Assembly (NCBI GenBank): GCA_038087875.1
Contig: CM075989.1
Coordinates: forward strand, 19,904,001 to 19,968,000
Length of the DNA stretch: 64,000 nucleotides
DNA from: Malacoraja senta
Taxonomy: Eukaryota
Direction of reading: 5' to 3'
Made by a program: the position numbers and the translations under genes. Shown piece by piece: positions 54,401-63,810 of this stretch (positions within the stretch are counted from its first letter, which is position 1; the number at the start of each line of letters is the position of its first letter). The notes under the pieces are model-generated. The model searched no databases. It saw only the letters and a program-made list of their open reading frames with translations, and had not been told where the DNA came from.

Positions 54401-57400
54401 GGTAAAAGACTGATAATAGGGGTTATGTGCAGGCAGATTTAATTAGTTGAACTTGGCATCATATTCGGCCGAATGGCCTTGTGGGCCGAATGGCCTTTCC
54501 TGGACTGTACTATTGTCTGTTCTGTGGCACCATTGCTTATGTTGGCTTGGCATGTGGCGCTTTATTAGAGTCAGAGGAAGTTGCAGCACGGCCACATGCC
54601 CTTCAGCCACCGTGTCCACACCAACCATCAAGCATCCAGTTTTACACTAATCCCACATATGCCCCTTTCATTCCCCTCACATTCCCACCAAACCCTCCCC
54701 AAATTGTACAAACTCACTGGGGACAATCTGCAGCATCTACTTAACCAACCAACCACTGCATTTTTTCCGGAGCACCTCGGGAAATTCCAGTTCATACGTT
54801 CTAGGAGCAGAATTTCGGGCGGTCACGGTGGCGCAGCAGTAGAGTTGCTGCCTTGCAGCGAATGCAGCGCCGGAGACCCGGGTTCGATCCCGACTACGGG
54901 TGCTTGTCTATACGGAGTTTGTACGTTCTCCCCGTGATCTGCGTGGGTTTTCTCCGAGATCTTCGGTTTCCTCCCACACTGCAAAGACGTACAGGTTGTA
55001 GGTTAATTGGCTTGGTAAAAATGTAAAAAGAAATTCTCCCTAGTGGATGTAGGATGGTGTTAATGTGCAGGGATCGCTGGTCGTCGCAGACCCGATGGGC
55101 CGAAGGGCCTGTTTCCGCGCTGTATTTCTAAACTAAACTAAACTAATTAGGCCATTCGGCCCATCGAGTCTACTCCGCCATTCAATCATGGCTGATCTAT
55201 CTTTTCCTCGCAACCCCTTTCTCCTGCCTTCTCCCCATAACCCGTGACTGTTGGTAGCTCAACATCACACTCGAGAATCTACTTGAGATAAAACTTAAGC
55301 ATCGGGAGAACTCAAAGCCTTCTGACTCATGTAGGTCCCATGGTAAATCTACCAACTAATCCTGATCGCCATCAACACTGACAGTAGCACTTTCCAGCAT
55401 TGGCTAAATCTGTTGAAATGGTGAAGGAAGCGGTCTACCTACCAATAGTATGGAGTGGTACACAAAGTGCTGGAGTAACTCAGCGGATCAGGCAGCAACT
55501 CAGTCTGAAGAAGGGTCTCGACCCGAAACGTCACCCATTCCTTCTATCCAGAGATGCTGCCTGTCCCGCTGAGTTACTTCAGCATTTTATGTCTATCTCG
55601 GTGTAAAGCAGCATCTGCAGTTCCTTCCTACACATCTCCGGAGGACGGATTGGTGCTGATTCGGGTCGGGACCCTTGGAGTATTTCCATCGTCTTGGAAA
55701 GCCATCCATCCATGTGATTTGACCCCTCCCCCTTCATTTTCATACAGAATGTGGTAGATAATGGAATGAGCTGCTGACGCAATAACAATATATAAAACAA
55801 ATTTGGGCAGATGCATGGATAGGAAAGGTTGAAAGGGATATGGGCCAAATACAGGCAAATAGTACGAGCATAGATGGGGCATCTTGGTTAGACTTTACTG
55901 ACACAGCGTGGAAACAGGCCCTTCGGCCCACCGAGTCCGGGCCGACCTGCAATCACACTGTACACTTGCAATATCATACACAAGGGATAATTTACAATTT
56001 TACTGACGCCAATTAACCTACAAACCTGCACGTCTTTGGAGTGTGGGAGGAAACCGGAGCACCCGGAGAAAAACCCGCGGTCACAAGGAGAATGAGCAAA
56101 CGCCGTACAGACAGCGCCCGTAGCCAGGATCGACCCCAGTTCCCTGGCCCTGTAAGGCAGCAACTCTACCGCTGCACCACTGTGCCGCCCAGAATGAATT
56201 GGTGGAAGGGCCTGTTTCCATGTGTGTGACTCTAGGGTGATATCCTTGTTTTCTAGGACCTGATACCAAGCTAATGCAGAACAGTGGACATACCAAATTG
56301 AAACGAACAAGTATTGACCGTCTGATGAATACCTTGGTCCTGTGGGTAAGTAGATAACATCCTGTGAAAATTTCAATCTTGTCACCGAGGGCAACCAAGA
56401 AAATTCTGTTCAATAAAAGGTCTGTCTCACGAATCTGCGGTCATTGGCGGCGAAACGGGAAGAATCTGCCGCCATAGACCGCGCACTCATGAGAAAGAAC
56501 AATTCCCGGGCCGTGCGACGGTGTTCCCAACACCGCGCGGTGCAAAAATAAAATCGACAATGTCGAAAACTCTATACTCACCGCACAACCTCCACCAGTG
56601 ATGCACGAGTGCGCACGGCCGCTCGCACGGGCCGCCGCCAGTGTGGGTCGAGCGCCGTGCGTCAAACCTCCTCTGCCACAGCCTCCGCCAGTGACGCACG
56701 TGCCGCCGCCAGTGAGGCACGTGTGCTGCGCGGCCACAGGCACAGCCATCGCTACAGCGCCGCGATCAGGATGGCCGCCGCCACAGCCGCCGCTGGTGAG
56801 TCACGTGCGGGGGGCCGACGTCATCGCAGTCGGCCCGCCCTTTTTTTACTTACCGCAAGCACGTGGGACCCGCCGTGTTTGAATTAACTCGGCCCCCGCG
56901 CAACATCCGTGCGGCGCTCCGGTGGATAGGCTCGACGCTCTCGCCGTTGCCGCGCGGTCCTAGCTACCGGCGACACCGCGCTTCACCGCCGATGACCGCA
57001 AACAGGTAAGACACGGCCTTTAGTTTACGCTAGAGGCAGGAAACATGTTCCCGATGTTGGGGGAGTCCAGAACCAGGGACAACAGTTTAACAATAAGGGC
57101 TAAGCCATTTAGAACGGAGAGGAGGAAACACGTTTTCACACAGAGTTGTGAGTCTGTGGAATTCTCTGCCTCAAAGGGCGGTGGAGGCCGGTTCTCTGGA
57201 TACTTTTAAGAGAGAGCTAGATAGGGCTCTTGTAGATAGCGGAGTCAGGGGATATGGGGAGAAGGCAGGAACTGGGTACTGATTGGGGATGATCAGCCAT
57301 GATCACATTGAATGGTGGTGCTGGCTTGAAGGGCCAAATGGCCTACTCCTGCACCTATTGTCTATTGTCTAAGTGCATATATTCGAGGAGTGGAATCGGA

Positions 57401-60400
57401 CCGTTTGGCTTTTATCTTTCCTCACTGACAACAATAATTTTCTCCTCAGATCTTCGGCTTTCTCATCTGCATGGGAACCATTTTAGGAATTGGAAATTCC
57501 ATATGGGAAACCGAAGTTGGAATTTACTTCCGCTGCTACCTGCCCTGGGACGAATGGATGAAAAGCCCCATTTTTTCCGGATTTCTAAGTTTCTGGTCAT
57601 ACATAATTATCCTTAACACAGTTGTGCCAATTTCGCTTTATGTCAGGTAAGCAAGCCAGTGTTCTCAATTGAATCGTTTTATTGAGCCTTCCGCATATTC
57701 CTTATTTTCATATTAAAATATGTTAACAATAGTATTATTTCCCAGAAACATCCATGCAAATTTGAAAAAAAACCTGTGGTATTCATCAGCCATCTTGTTA
57801 ACTTGATCCATTAGAGTTAAAGAGACCTACAGTTGTACAGCAACAAGACAGGCCCTTCGGCCCGACTTGTCCATGCTGACCTAGTTGACCAACTGAGCTA
57901 GACCTACTTGCCTGCATTTGACCCAACTCTCTCTCTAAAGGCAGGTTGCCAAAAAATTTCAAAATGTTGAAAATCCAGCGGCGACCAGAAAAGGGTACGA
58001 CTCTTTGGGCGACTACACACGACCATGCAGACATCACGTGTTGACATGTCGCGGGACATCAAGTCTACTCCGCCATTCACTCATGGCTGATCTATCTCTC
58101 TCTCCTAACCCCATTCACCCGCCTTCTCCCCATAACCTCTGACACCCGTACTTATCAAGAATCTTTCTGTCTCTGCCTAAAAAATATCCTTGGCCTCCAC
58201 TGCCGATGTGGCAATGAATTCCACAGATTCACCACCCTCTGACTAAAGAAATTCCTCCTCATCTCCATTCTACTGTGTGGCTTGAGTGTGAAACAATGCA
58301 CAGAAATGCGTGTATGTCTTACAAGCTAACACTTGATATATAGGCAAGTGTGTTTAGATGAAGATTTTAATTTGATTCTTTCTTTGATATTGATTCCTTG
58401 AAGCAACATATGGACATATCTGTTATATCTCCAGTCACTTATGTTACAAGCAAACATAACCCTTCATTCTTCATTAAGTGTTACTTTAGATTTTATTTTT
58501 TAATGGTTGACATTAAACATTAACTTCACTGCTGTTTGTGTGGTGATAATTTAAATTCAAGTTTGATAATTTAAATTCAGTCTGAAGGAGGGTCCTGACC
58601 CAAAACGTTGCCTATTCCTTCTCTCCATAGATGCTGCCTCACCCGCTGAGTTTCTCCAGCATTTTGTCTAGCATCTGCAGTTCTTTCTTAAACATTTAAA
58701 TTCAAAATGTATTTTGATGTGCTGCTTTGTTACTTTTTTTAATTGTAGCTCCCTGTCAATTTTTTTGAAACTAGTATCGAAACTATGACCTTAATTTCCT
58801 TTTGATTTTTGTCTTCATTTAAGCGTTGAAGTCATCAGACTTGGACATAGTTACTTCATAAACTGGGATCGGAAGATGTACTTTGCACCGAAAAATACTT
58901 CAGCTGAGGCGCGGACCACAACTCTTAATGAGGAGCTGGGACAAATAGAATACATCTTTTCAGACAAAACAGGAACACTGACACAGAATATCATGATTTT
59001 CAACAAATGCTCAATAAATGGGAAAGCCTATGGTAAGCTGTTGGTGAGGCTGCACTTGGAGTATTGTTGCTCGGTTCTGGTCATCCTGCTGTGGGAAAAG
59101 CGCCATTAAGCTGGAAAGAGTCCAGCACTTTGTGCAAAACCTGTCCAGGCTCTCCTCATATCTCAAGCCCTCCCTGTCCCAGCCACATCCCTGCATTGGG
59201 GATGTTGCCCGGACACGGGGACCTGAGCTGTCGGGAGAGGTCGGGCAGGCGAGGATTTTCTTGGAGCGCAGGAGGCTGAGGAGTGATTTTGTATAATTGT
59301 GAGGGAAATCGATAGGATGAATGCAGGACTTCTCCCCCAGAGTAGGGGAATCAAGAGCTAGGCGACATCAGCTTAAGGTGAGGGGGGGGGGGGGAAGATT
59401 TAATAGGAATCTGTGGGGCAATTTTATCACTCAGAGGGTGGTGGTTACTTGGAACAAGTTGTCAGAGGAGGTAATCAAGGCAGGTGCAATAACAACATTT
59501 AAAAGACATTTGGACAGGTGCATGGATAGGAAATGTTTAACGGGATGTTTAAACAGTTAACAGTTCAGTTTATTGTCATGTGTACCGAGTTACGGTGAGA
59601 AGCTTTCATAGCGTGCTATCCGGTCAGCAGAAAGACAACACATGATAATAATCGCGGCCTCAAACATGGGCGAACGTAGGCGTAGATAGGGCACTCTTTG
59701 TCCTTCTGGTCCTTGATTCCCCTGTACAATATTGTACAGTATATACACATGAACAGTGCTTTTATTGTGACGGCACAGTTCACCAGCACCTCAAAAAGAT
59801 TAAAATCTAGATTTTCACATTTATAGATATTTTAATATTACAACGGCGCAGGGGTAGAGTTTTTCCTTACAGCGCCAAGAGACCCAGCTTCGATCCTGAC
59901 CACGGATGCTGTCTGTGTGGAGTTTGTACGGTCTCCCTGTGACCGCGTGGGTTTTCTCTGGGTGCTCCGGTTTCCCCCCCCCCACACTCCAAAGATGTAC
60001 AGATTTGTAGGTTAATTGACTTTGGTAAAAAGTGTAAACTGTGCCTAGTGTGTCAGATAGCACTAGTGAATAAGGTGATCGCTGGTTGGTGCGGACTCGG
60101 TGGGCCGAAGGGCCTGTTTTTCGCGCTGTATCTCTAAAGTCTCAAAATAAAGAAAGATTACCAAAGTTTAAAATATAACATTTATGAATTAAATTAGGCG
60201 GTCATGCCTTTGAGCAGCTTTTCGTTTGGCAATCTGCCAAGGAACATTATGTGGCAGGTTTTAGTCTACATAAAAACCAGTGCTTCTGAGGACAACTTGT
60301 TATCACGCTGTTCCCATCTGCACTTTAATTTTTATCATGTGGGACTGAGCGCCAACTGGTGGAGGATAAAGGTAGAACATGCACTTATCCAGACTACATC

Positions 60401-61021
60401 CAGAATAAAACACCATGCATACTATTGTCAAGGAATGTGTGGAGAAAGGCACGTGCAAACCACTTGGCAATGTGAGAGTTATATCTCCATCTGTGTGACT
60501 TTTAGTTTAGTTTAGAGATACAGCGCAGAAACAGGCCCTTCGGCCCCACCGAGTCCTCACCGACCAGCGATCCCCGCACACATCCTACACACACTAGGGA
60601 CACTACACACATCCCGAGCCAATTAACCTATACACCTGTACGTCTTTGGAGTGTGGGAGGAAACCGGAGATACCAGAGAAATCTGCGCTGTCACGGGGAG
60701 AACATACAAACTCCATACAGACAGCACCTGTAATCAGGATCGAACCCGGGTCTCTGGCGCTGTGAGGCAGCAACTCGACCGCTGCGCCACCGTGCCGCTA
60801 CGTGACTTCTACAGAATGTTACATTTCCTATGCCATTAAACACCTTGGTTTTTTTTAAATTCTTATGATGAAAACAGGTTTCTTCTCCCAAAGAATGTGA
60901 AGAAAATTTTCCAGCATCTGCAATTCCTTCTTAAACATGGAGAAATGTTAATGCTTTTCTGTATAACTTTTGTTTAGGAGATGCCTATGATGAACTGGGG
61001 GGGAAAATGGAGATCTCTGAG
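15404..61021 (+). CDS. ATP8B4: ATP8B-subfamily P4-ATPase (phospholipid flippase), partial multi-exon gene; ATP8B4-like, ATP8B2 not excluded
   Basis: 12 exons with AG/GT boundaries and compatible phases splice into one open frame of about 420 aa: [30 protein letters not shown]...[12 protein letters not shown]...ETAELDGETNLK...[13 protein letters not shown]...[47 protein letters not shown] and QIEY favour ATP8B4; EEERR, SSLSWF and YLPWDE resemble ATP8B2. Family assignment is firm; the paralog symbol is tentative. Confidence 0.9.
16476..17490. mobile_element. Unclassified ~1-kb element with short imperfect TIRs
   Basis: GTAGCAATGTTACAAAATTT at left versus reverse complement GTAGGTATGTTACAATACTT at right; interrupts a repeat seen intact at 4020-4080. 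Confidence 0.6.
18050..18735 (+). mobile_element. Penelope-like element 3' fragment interrupted by a MITE
   Basis: [13 protein letters not shown] remnant near 18066; terminal repeat at 18648. Confidence 0.7.
18303..18621. mobile_element. PIF/Harbinger-type MITE, 319 bp
   Basis: Long imperfect TIR AGGC(T/C)CTGTCCCACTTTCCCG(A/G)GTTACTCAC..; TAA on both sides. Confidence 0.8.
18869..18982 (+). CDS. ATP8B4: ATP8B exon, 114 nt: [38 protein letters not shown]
   Basis: tttttcag acceptor, gttggt donor; P4-ATPase N-terminal motif and TM1. Confidence 0.95.
19262..20863 (-). mobile_element. Tc1/mariner DNA transposon, IR/DR type, Passport/Eagle-like, 1602 bp
   Basis: Ends CAGTGGCTTGCAAAAG...CTTTTGCAAGCCACTG flanked by TA on both sides; about 214-bp inverted repeats (19262-19475, 20651-20863) with inner and outer direct repeats; inserted in a TG microsatellite. 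Confidence 0.97.
19480..20484 (-). CDS. Tc1-family DD34E transposase, 334 aa
   Basis: Uninterrupted ORF with paired-like [23 protein letters not shown] and SPDLNPIE; 34 residues between the second D and E. Confidence 0.96.
   Translation of the reverse strand: MKPKEHTRQVRDKVVEKFKAGLGYKKISQALNISRSTVQSIIRKWKEYGTIANLPRYGRPPKRTGRARRALIREAAKRPMVTLEELQRSTAQVGESVHRTTISRALHKSGLYGRVARRKPLLKKSHKKSRLQFATSHVGDTANMWRKVLWSDETKIEVFGLNAKRYVWRKTNTAHHPEHTIPTVKHGGGSIMLWGCFSSAGTGKLVRVNGKMDGAKYRAILEENLLESAKDLRLGRRFTFQQDNDPKHTARATMEWFRSKHIHVLEWPSQSPDLNPIENLWQDLKIAVHRRSPSNLTELELFCKEDWANISVSRCAKLVATYPKRLAAVIAAKY
20864..21138. repeat. Degenerate (TG)n microsatellite, continuing 19241-19260 across the Tc1 insertion
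   Basis: Directly visible. Confidence 0.95.
21572..21885 (+). mobile_element. tRNA-derived SINE (HE1/V-SINE-like), representative of dozens of copies on both strands
   Basis: A box TGGCGCAGCGG, B-box-like GGTTTGATCC, conserved core GTTCTCCCCGTGACC..GGTTTCCTCCCACA, LINE-like tail ending in (CTAAA)n; other copies near 293, 1557, 2037, 2823(-), 9953(-), 22308, 26293, 39831, 42690, 48300(-), 54817, 60506(-), 61265(-), 63037(-). Confidence 0.9.
22032..22130 (+). CDS. ATP8B4: ATP8B exon, 99 nt: [33 protein letters not shown]
   Basis: tctctctag acceptor, gtgagt donor; TM2. Confidence 0.95.
25106..25167 (+). CDS. ATP8B4: ATP8B exon, 62 nt: [20 protein letters not shown](K)
   Basis: tttttag acceptor, gtgagt donor; phase matches neighbours. 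Confidence 0.95.
25339..25374 (+). ncRNA. Minimal hammerhead ribozyme motif in PLE terminal repeat (representative copy)
   Basis: tggt-CTGAAGA-A-GGGTC-tc-GACCC-GAAAC-GTC-gcca: CUGANGA and GAAA cores, 5-bp helix II, palindromic ACGT helix III, GUC triplet, 4-bp helix I (one G-U). Confidence 0.6.
27279..27753 (+). mobile_element. Tx1-clade LINE 3' fragment
   Basis: Translates with frameshifts to [16 protein letters not shown]...[15 protein letters not shown]...[12 protein letters not shown], resembling a Tx1 ORF2 C-terminus; A-run end; TSD aagt(g/a)gatagaa at 27267-27278 and 27754-27765. Confidence 0.75.
27880..28350 (+). mobile_element. Penelope-like element 3' end: GIY-YIG endonuclease C-terminus plus terminal repeat
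   Basis: [51 protein letters not shown] (ORFs 27887.. and 27840..) followed by a pyrimidine tract and the CTGAAGA...GATGCTGC...GCATCTGCAGTTC repeat. Confidence 0.85.
28905..29275 (+). mobile_element. Penelope-like element 3' fragment
   Basis: [20 protein letters not shown] coding remnant, then the same terminal repeat with CTGAAGAAGGGTCTCGACCCGAAA at 29206. Confidence 0.75.
29712..29739 (+). ncRNA. Minimal hammerhead ribozyme core
   Basis: CTGAAGAAGGGTCTCGACCCGAAACGTC at the head of a PLE terminal repeat; only 2-bp proximal helix I. Confidence 0.5.
30985..31057 (+). CDS. ATP8B4: ATP8B exon, 73 nt: [24 protein letters not shown]
   Basis: ttcttgcag acceptor, gtaagt donor; actuator-domain VGD motif. 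Confidence 0.95.
31938..36034 (-). mobile_element. L1-clade LINE, 5'-truncated, with decayed ORF2 (APE endonuclease + reverse transcriptase)
   Basis: ORF pieces SWNIRG..FLQETH (34925-35197), IYAPN..GDFN (34704-34928), [27 protein letters not shown] (33274-34206), [14 protein letters not shown] (32574-33242); A-rich tail near 31938-31966; 17-bp TSD tgcgctcttgtttattt at 31921-31937 and 36035-36051. Confidence 0.95.
37530..37713. repeat. Polypyrimidine (C/T) low-complexity tract
   Basis: Near-pure C/T for about 180 bp. Confidence 0.9.
38057..38127 (+). CDS. ATP8B4: ATP8B exon, 71 nt: [23 protein letters not shown](G)
   Basis: ctttcag acceptor, gtaaga donor; first half of DGET motif. Confidence 0.95.
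40203..40285 (+). CDS. ATP8B4: ATP8B exon, 83 nt: [27 protein letters not shown]
   Basis: tttcaacag acceptor, gtgagt donor; completes DGETNLK. Confidence 0.95.
40935..41334. mobile_element. Non-autonomous DNA transposon, 400 bp, 8-bp TSD (hAT or P superfamily)
   Basis: TIR CAAAGATCCTATAGC(A)GAGCAAGAT..CCACTC; exact TSD gttgtaag at 40927-40934 and 41335-41342. Confidence 0.85.
43737..45010 (+). mobile_element. Cluster of nested Penelope-like element fragments
   Basis: GIY-YIG remnant ([22 protein letters not shown]) interrupted by a second copy bounded by TSD cccacaccgacctttc (43751-43766, 44091-44106); several terminal repeats (44000, 44381, 44881). Confidence 0.75.
48060..48275 (-). mobile_element. 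Rex1/Babar LINE RT C-terminal fragment
   Basis: [53 protein letters not shown]; related pieces near 17500-17670 and 25700-25910. Confidence 0.75.
49139..49325. mobile_element. PIF/Harbinger-type MITE, 187 bp
   Basis: 35-bp TIR AGGGCCTGTCCCACTT(T/G)GG(T/C)GTCATTTGCGCGTCA; TAA TSD; splits the CR1 motif ctgacTAAagaaatt. Confidence 0.85.
53416..53574 (+). CDS. ATP8B4: ATP8B exon, 159 nt: (G)[52 protein letters not shown]
   Basis: tttttgcggcag acceptor, gtaaat donor. Confidence 0.95.
53797..54203 (-). mobile_element. CR1-clade LINE 3' fragment
   Basis: ORF 53847..54239: [48 protein letters not shown]. Confidence 0.9.
54817..55144 (+). mobile_element. tRNA-derived SINE inserted in a CR1 3' end
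   Basis: A box TGGCGCAGCAG, B box GGTTCGATCC, (CTAAA)n tail; splits ggagcagaatt|aggccattcgg. Confidence 0.85.
55505..55532 (+). ncRNA. Minimal hammerhead ribozyme core
   Basis: CTGAAGAAGGGTCTCGACCCGAAACGTC at the head of a PLE terminal repeat; only 2-bp proximal helix I. Confidence 0.5.
56257..56345 (+). CDS. ATP8B4: ATP8B exon, 89 nt: (G)[29 protein letters not shown]
   Basis: ttttctag acceptor, gtaagt donor. Confidence 0.95.
56417..57020. mobile_element. GC/CpG-rich non-autonomous TIR element (possibly Harbinger-related)
   Basis: Imperfect ~40-bp TIR aaggtctgtctcacgaatctgcggtcattggcggcgaaacg versus the reverse complement of cgcttcaccgccgatgaccgcaaacaggtaagacacggcctt; abrupt GC shift. Confidence 0.6.
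57450..57646 (+). CDS. ATP8B4: ATP8B exon, 197 nt, TM3-TM4: [20 protein letters not shown]...[18 protein letters not shown](S)
   Basis: tctcctcag acceptor, gtaagc donor; P4-ATPase PISL motif. Confidence 0.95.
58824..59032 (+). CDS. ATP8B4: ATP8B exon, 209 nt, with phosphorylation motif: [19 protein letters not shown]...[34 protein letters not shown]
   Basis: catttaag acceptor, gtaagc donor; DKTGTLT P-type ATPase signature (also in ORF 58876..59109). Confidence 0.97.
60978..61021 (+). CDS. ATP8B4: ATP8B exon, 44 nt: (G)[14 protein letters not shown]
   Basis: ttttgtttag acceptor, gtagga donor; phase fits the previous exon and sequence resembles the ATP8B GDxxDxLG segment. Confidence 0.85.
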
Positions 61022-63604
61022 GTAGGACTCCAGTAAAGAAAATACTTGTGGAATCATTTGAATGCATAGCTGATACGATTTTATATATATTTTTCTAAAT
61101 TGAGATGTGCGGGATTGTCATTCGATTATCTGTCGTGTGTGATGAAAAGTATCGTTTATAGTCTTCGCTCTGTCCCAACCAAAACCCCACATTTTCTTGT
61201 TCGTTTTTCACACCCTCACATTTGTACAAATACTGATTAACCCCAAGCCACAACCAAGATTTTAGCTTGGTTTAGTTTAGTTTTAGAAATACAGCGTGGA
61301 AACAGGCCCTTCGGCCCACCTGGGTCTGCGCCGACCAGCGATCCCCGCACATTAACACCATCCTACACACACTAGGGACAATTTTTACATTTACCAGGCC
61401 AATTAACCTACAAACCTGTACGTCTTTGGAGTGTGGGAGGAAACCGATCTCGGAGAAAACCCACGCAGGTCACGGGGAGAGCGTGCAAACTCCGTACAGA
61501 CAGCACCCGTAGTCGGGATCGAACCCGGGTCTCCGGCGCTGCATTCGCTGTGAGGCAGCAACTCTACCACTGTGCCACTGCGACTGCCAGACAGCAAAGG
61601 CCATAATCCATTTATGAATGAGCAAAAATTGGACTGAGTATCTTCTGCAGAAATCCATGATGGTCAAATGAGGCAACAAATTGCTCTTCCCTTAAATTAT
61701 TTTTTCTGCAGTTTCTTTAGTCAGAGAGTGATGAATCTGTGGAATTCATTGCCACGGAAGGCTGTGGAGGCAATAGATATTTTTAAAGCAGAGATTGATA
61801 GATTCTTTATTAGCACGGCCTCACAACGCCAAGGTTCGATCCTGACCTTGGGTGCTTAGATACATAGATACATAGAAAATAGGTTCAGGAGTAGGCCATT
61901 CGGCCCTTCGAGCCTGCACCGCCATTCAATATGATCATGGCTGAACATCCAACTCAGTATCCCGTACCTGCCTTCTCTCCATACCCCCTGATCCCTTTAG
62001 CCACAAGGGCCACATCTAACTCCCTCTTAAATATAGCCAATGAACTGGCCTCAACTACCCTCTGTGGCAGAGAGTTCCAGAGATTCACCACTCTCTGTGT
62101 GAAAAAGTTTTTCCTCATTACTGTTACTGTTGAGTTAGTACGTTTTCCCTGTGACCATGTGGGTTTCCTCTGGGTTCTCAGGTTTCCCCTCCACATCCAA
62201 ATTACATGCAGGTTTGTAGATTAATTGGCCTGCTGTGTAGATGAGTGGCAGAACTGGAGGGCGAGGGAGAGATGATAACAGTATGAATAGAATAAAGTTG
62301 GATTAGATATGTGTAACATTATTGTGAATGGGCGATTGATGGCCAGTGTGGACTCGTGGGACAAAGGGCCTGTTTCCATGCTGTATATCCATGCTCTGAA
62401 AAAGATTTTGCATCAGTGCAGGTGCGATAACCAACTTTTACCAACTGACCACAAAATCAATGCCAATTTGTGCACTTTGATATGTCATTTGATTGATATG
62501 ATTTTAGGTCAGAGGAATGTTAATTGAACAGTGATCCTAATACCTTTGGGGGTTTAGTTAATATTCATAATTCAGGAAACACTGCCTCCTAGAGGAAGCA
62601 TTTACTATTACAGAAATTATGACGGAAGTGTTGGTAACTTTGTTTAATGTTAACGAAAACAATATAAGAAAGATAAATAGACCAACAAAACAGTGTACTA
62701 CATAGAATAGCTTTTGTTGCTGAATGAGGTCTGGTTATTCTTGATTAGTATGGGTGTCAGGGGTTATGAGGGGAAGGCAGGGGAATGGGGTTAGGAGGGA
62801 GAGATAGATCAGCTATGATTGAATGGTGGAGTAGACTTAATGGGCCAAATGGGCTGAAAATGGGCCGAATGGCCTAATTCTGCTCCGATCACCGTGACAC
62901 AAATATTAATAAAATGTCAACGGCTCAAAGTACTTTATTGTCACATGTACCTAAGAACAGTGAAATTCCTTTTTTGTATAAAGTTTAGTAAAAATCTTAC
63001 TATACATGGGCACAATGTACAAGAGTCATAGAATGTAGTTTAGTTTAGTTTAGTTTAGAGATACAGCGCGGAAAGAGGCCCTTCGGCCCGTCGAGTCCGC
63101 ACCAACCAGCAATCCCGCACATGAACACACTAGGGACAATTTTACATTTATACCGAGCCAATTAACCTACACACCTGTACGGCTTTGGAGTGTGGAAGGA
63201 AACCGAAGATCTCAGAGAAAACCCACGTAGGTCACGGGGAGAATGTACAAACTCCGTACAGACAGCAGCCGTTGTCAGGATCGAACCCGGGTCTCTTGCA
63301 CTGTAAAGCAGCAACTCTACCACTGCGCCACCGTGCCGCTGAAGGAATAGTAGATTACACTGACACGTTAGACAAGAGTCGCCACATTTCCGGTGCCATT
63401 TTGTATGATTGAAGTCCAAAGTTGTTAAAAATGTTGAATCTTTAACTTGGCCTACAATTTAGACATTTGTTGTCTCAGCAAATGTCTAAATTGTACAAAC
63501 TAATTATTGCTAGAAATTTGCACAAATTCAATTTGTAACAGCTCGGGTAACAATGATGGATGGGCAACATTTGTTGAAATAATTAAAGCATATTAAATGT
63601 GCTG

Positions 63605-63810
63605 AAGATAAACACAAAATGCTGGGGTAACTCAGCGGGACAGGCAGCATCTCTGGAGAGAAGGAATTGGTGACGGCTTGGGTCGAGACCCTTCTTCAGA
63701 CCTGAAAAGTCACCCATTCCTTCTCTCTAGAGATGCTGCCTGTCCCACTAAGTTACTCCAGCATTTAGTGTCTATCTTCGGTTTAAACCAGCATCTGCAG
63801 TTCCTTCCTA
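63605..63810. mobile_element. Fold-back PLE terminal-repeat unit with about 16-bp TSD
   Basis: Inverted arms; catat(t/c)aaatgtgctg at 63589-63604 and 63811-63826. Confidence 0.75.

Noticed and set aside
56441..56887. GC-rich ORFs on both strands
   Set aside because: Open frames are expected at this GC content; they lie inside a TIR-bounded element with no recognisable domain
237..63419. Many 60-130 aa ORFs with recurring phrases ([41 protein letters not shown])
   Set aside because: Chance translations of SINE and PLE terminal repeats
5012..63810. Recurring palindromic repeats as a CRISPR array or fixed-TIR MITE
   Set aside because: Eukaryotic DNA, dispersed copies, no spacers or cas genes; asymmetric arms, variable long TSDs and GIY-YIG linkage favour a Penelope origin
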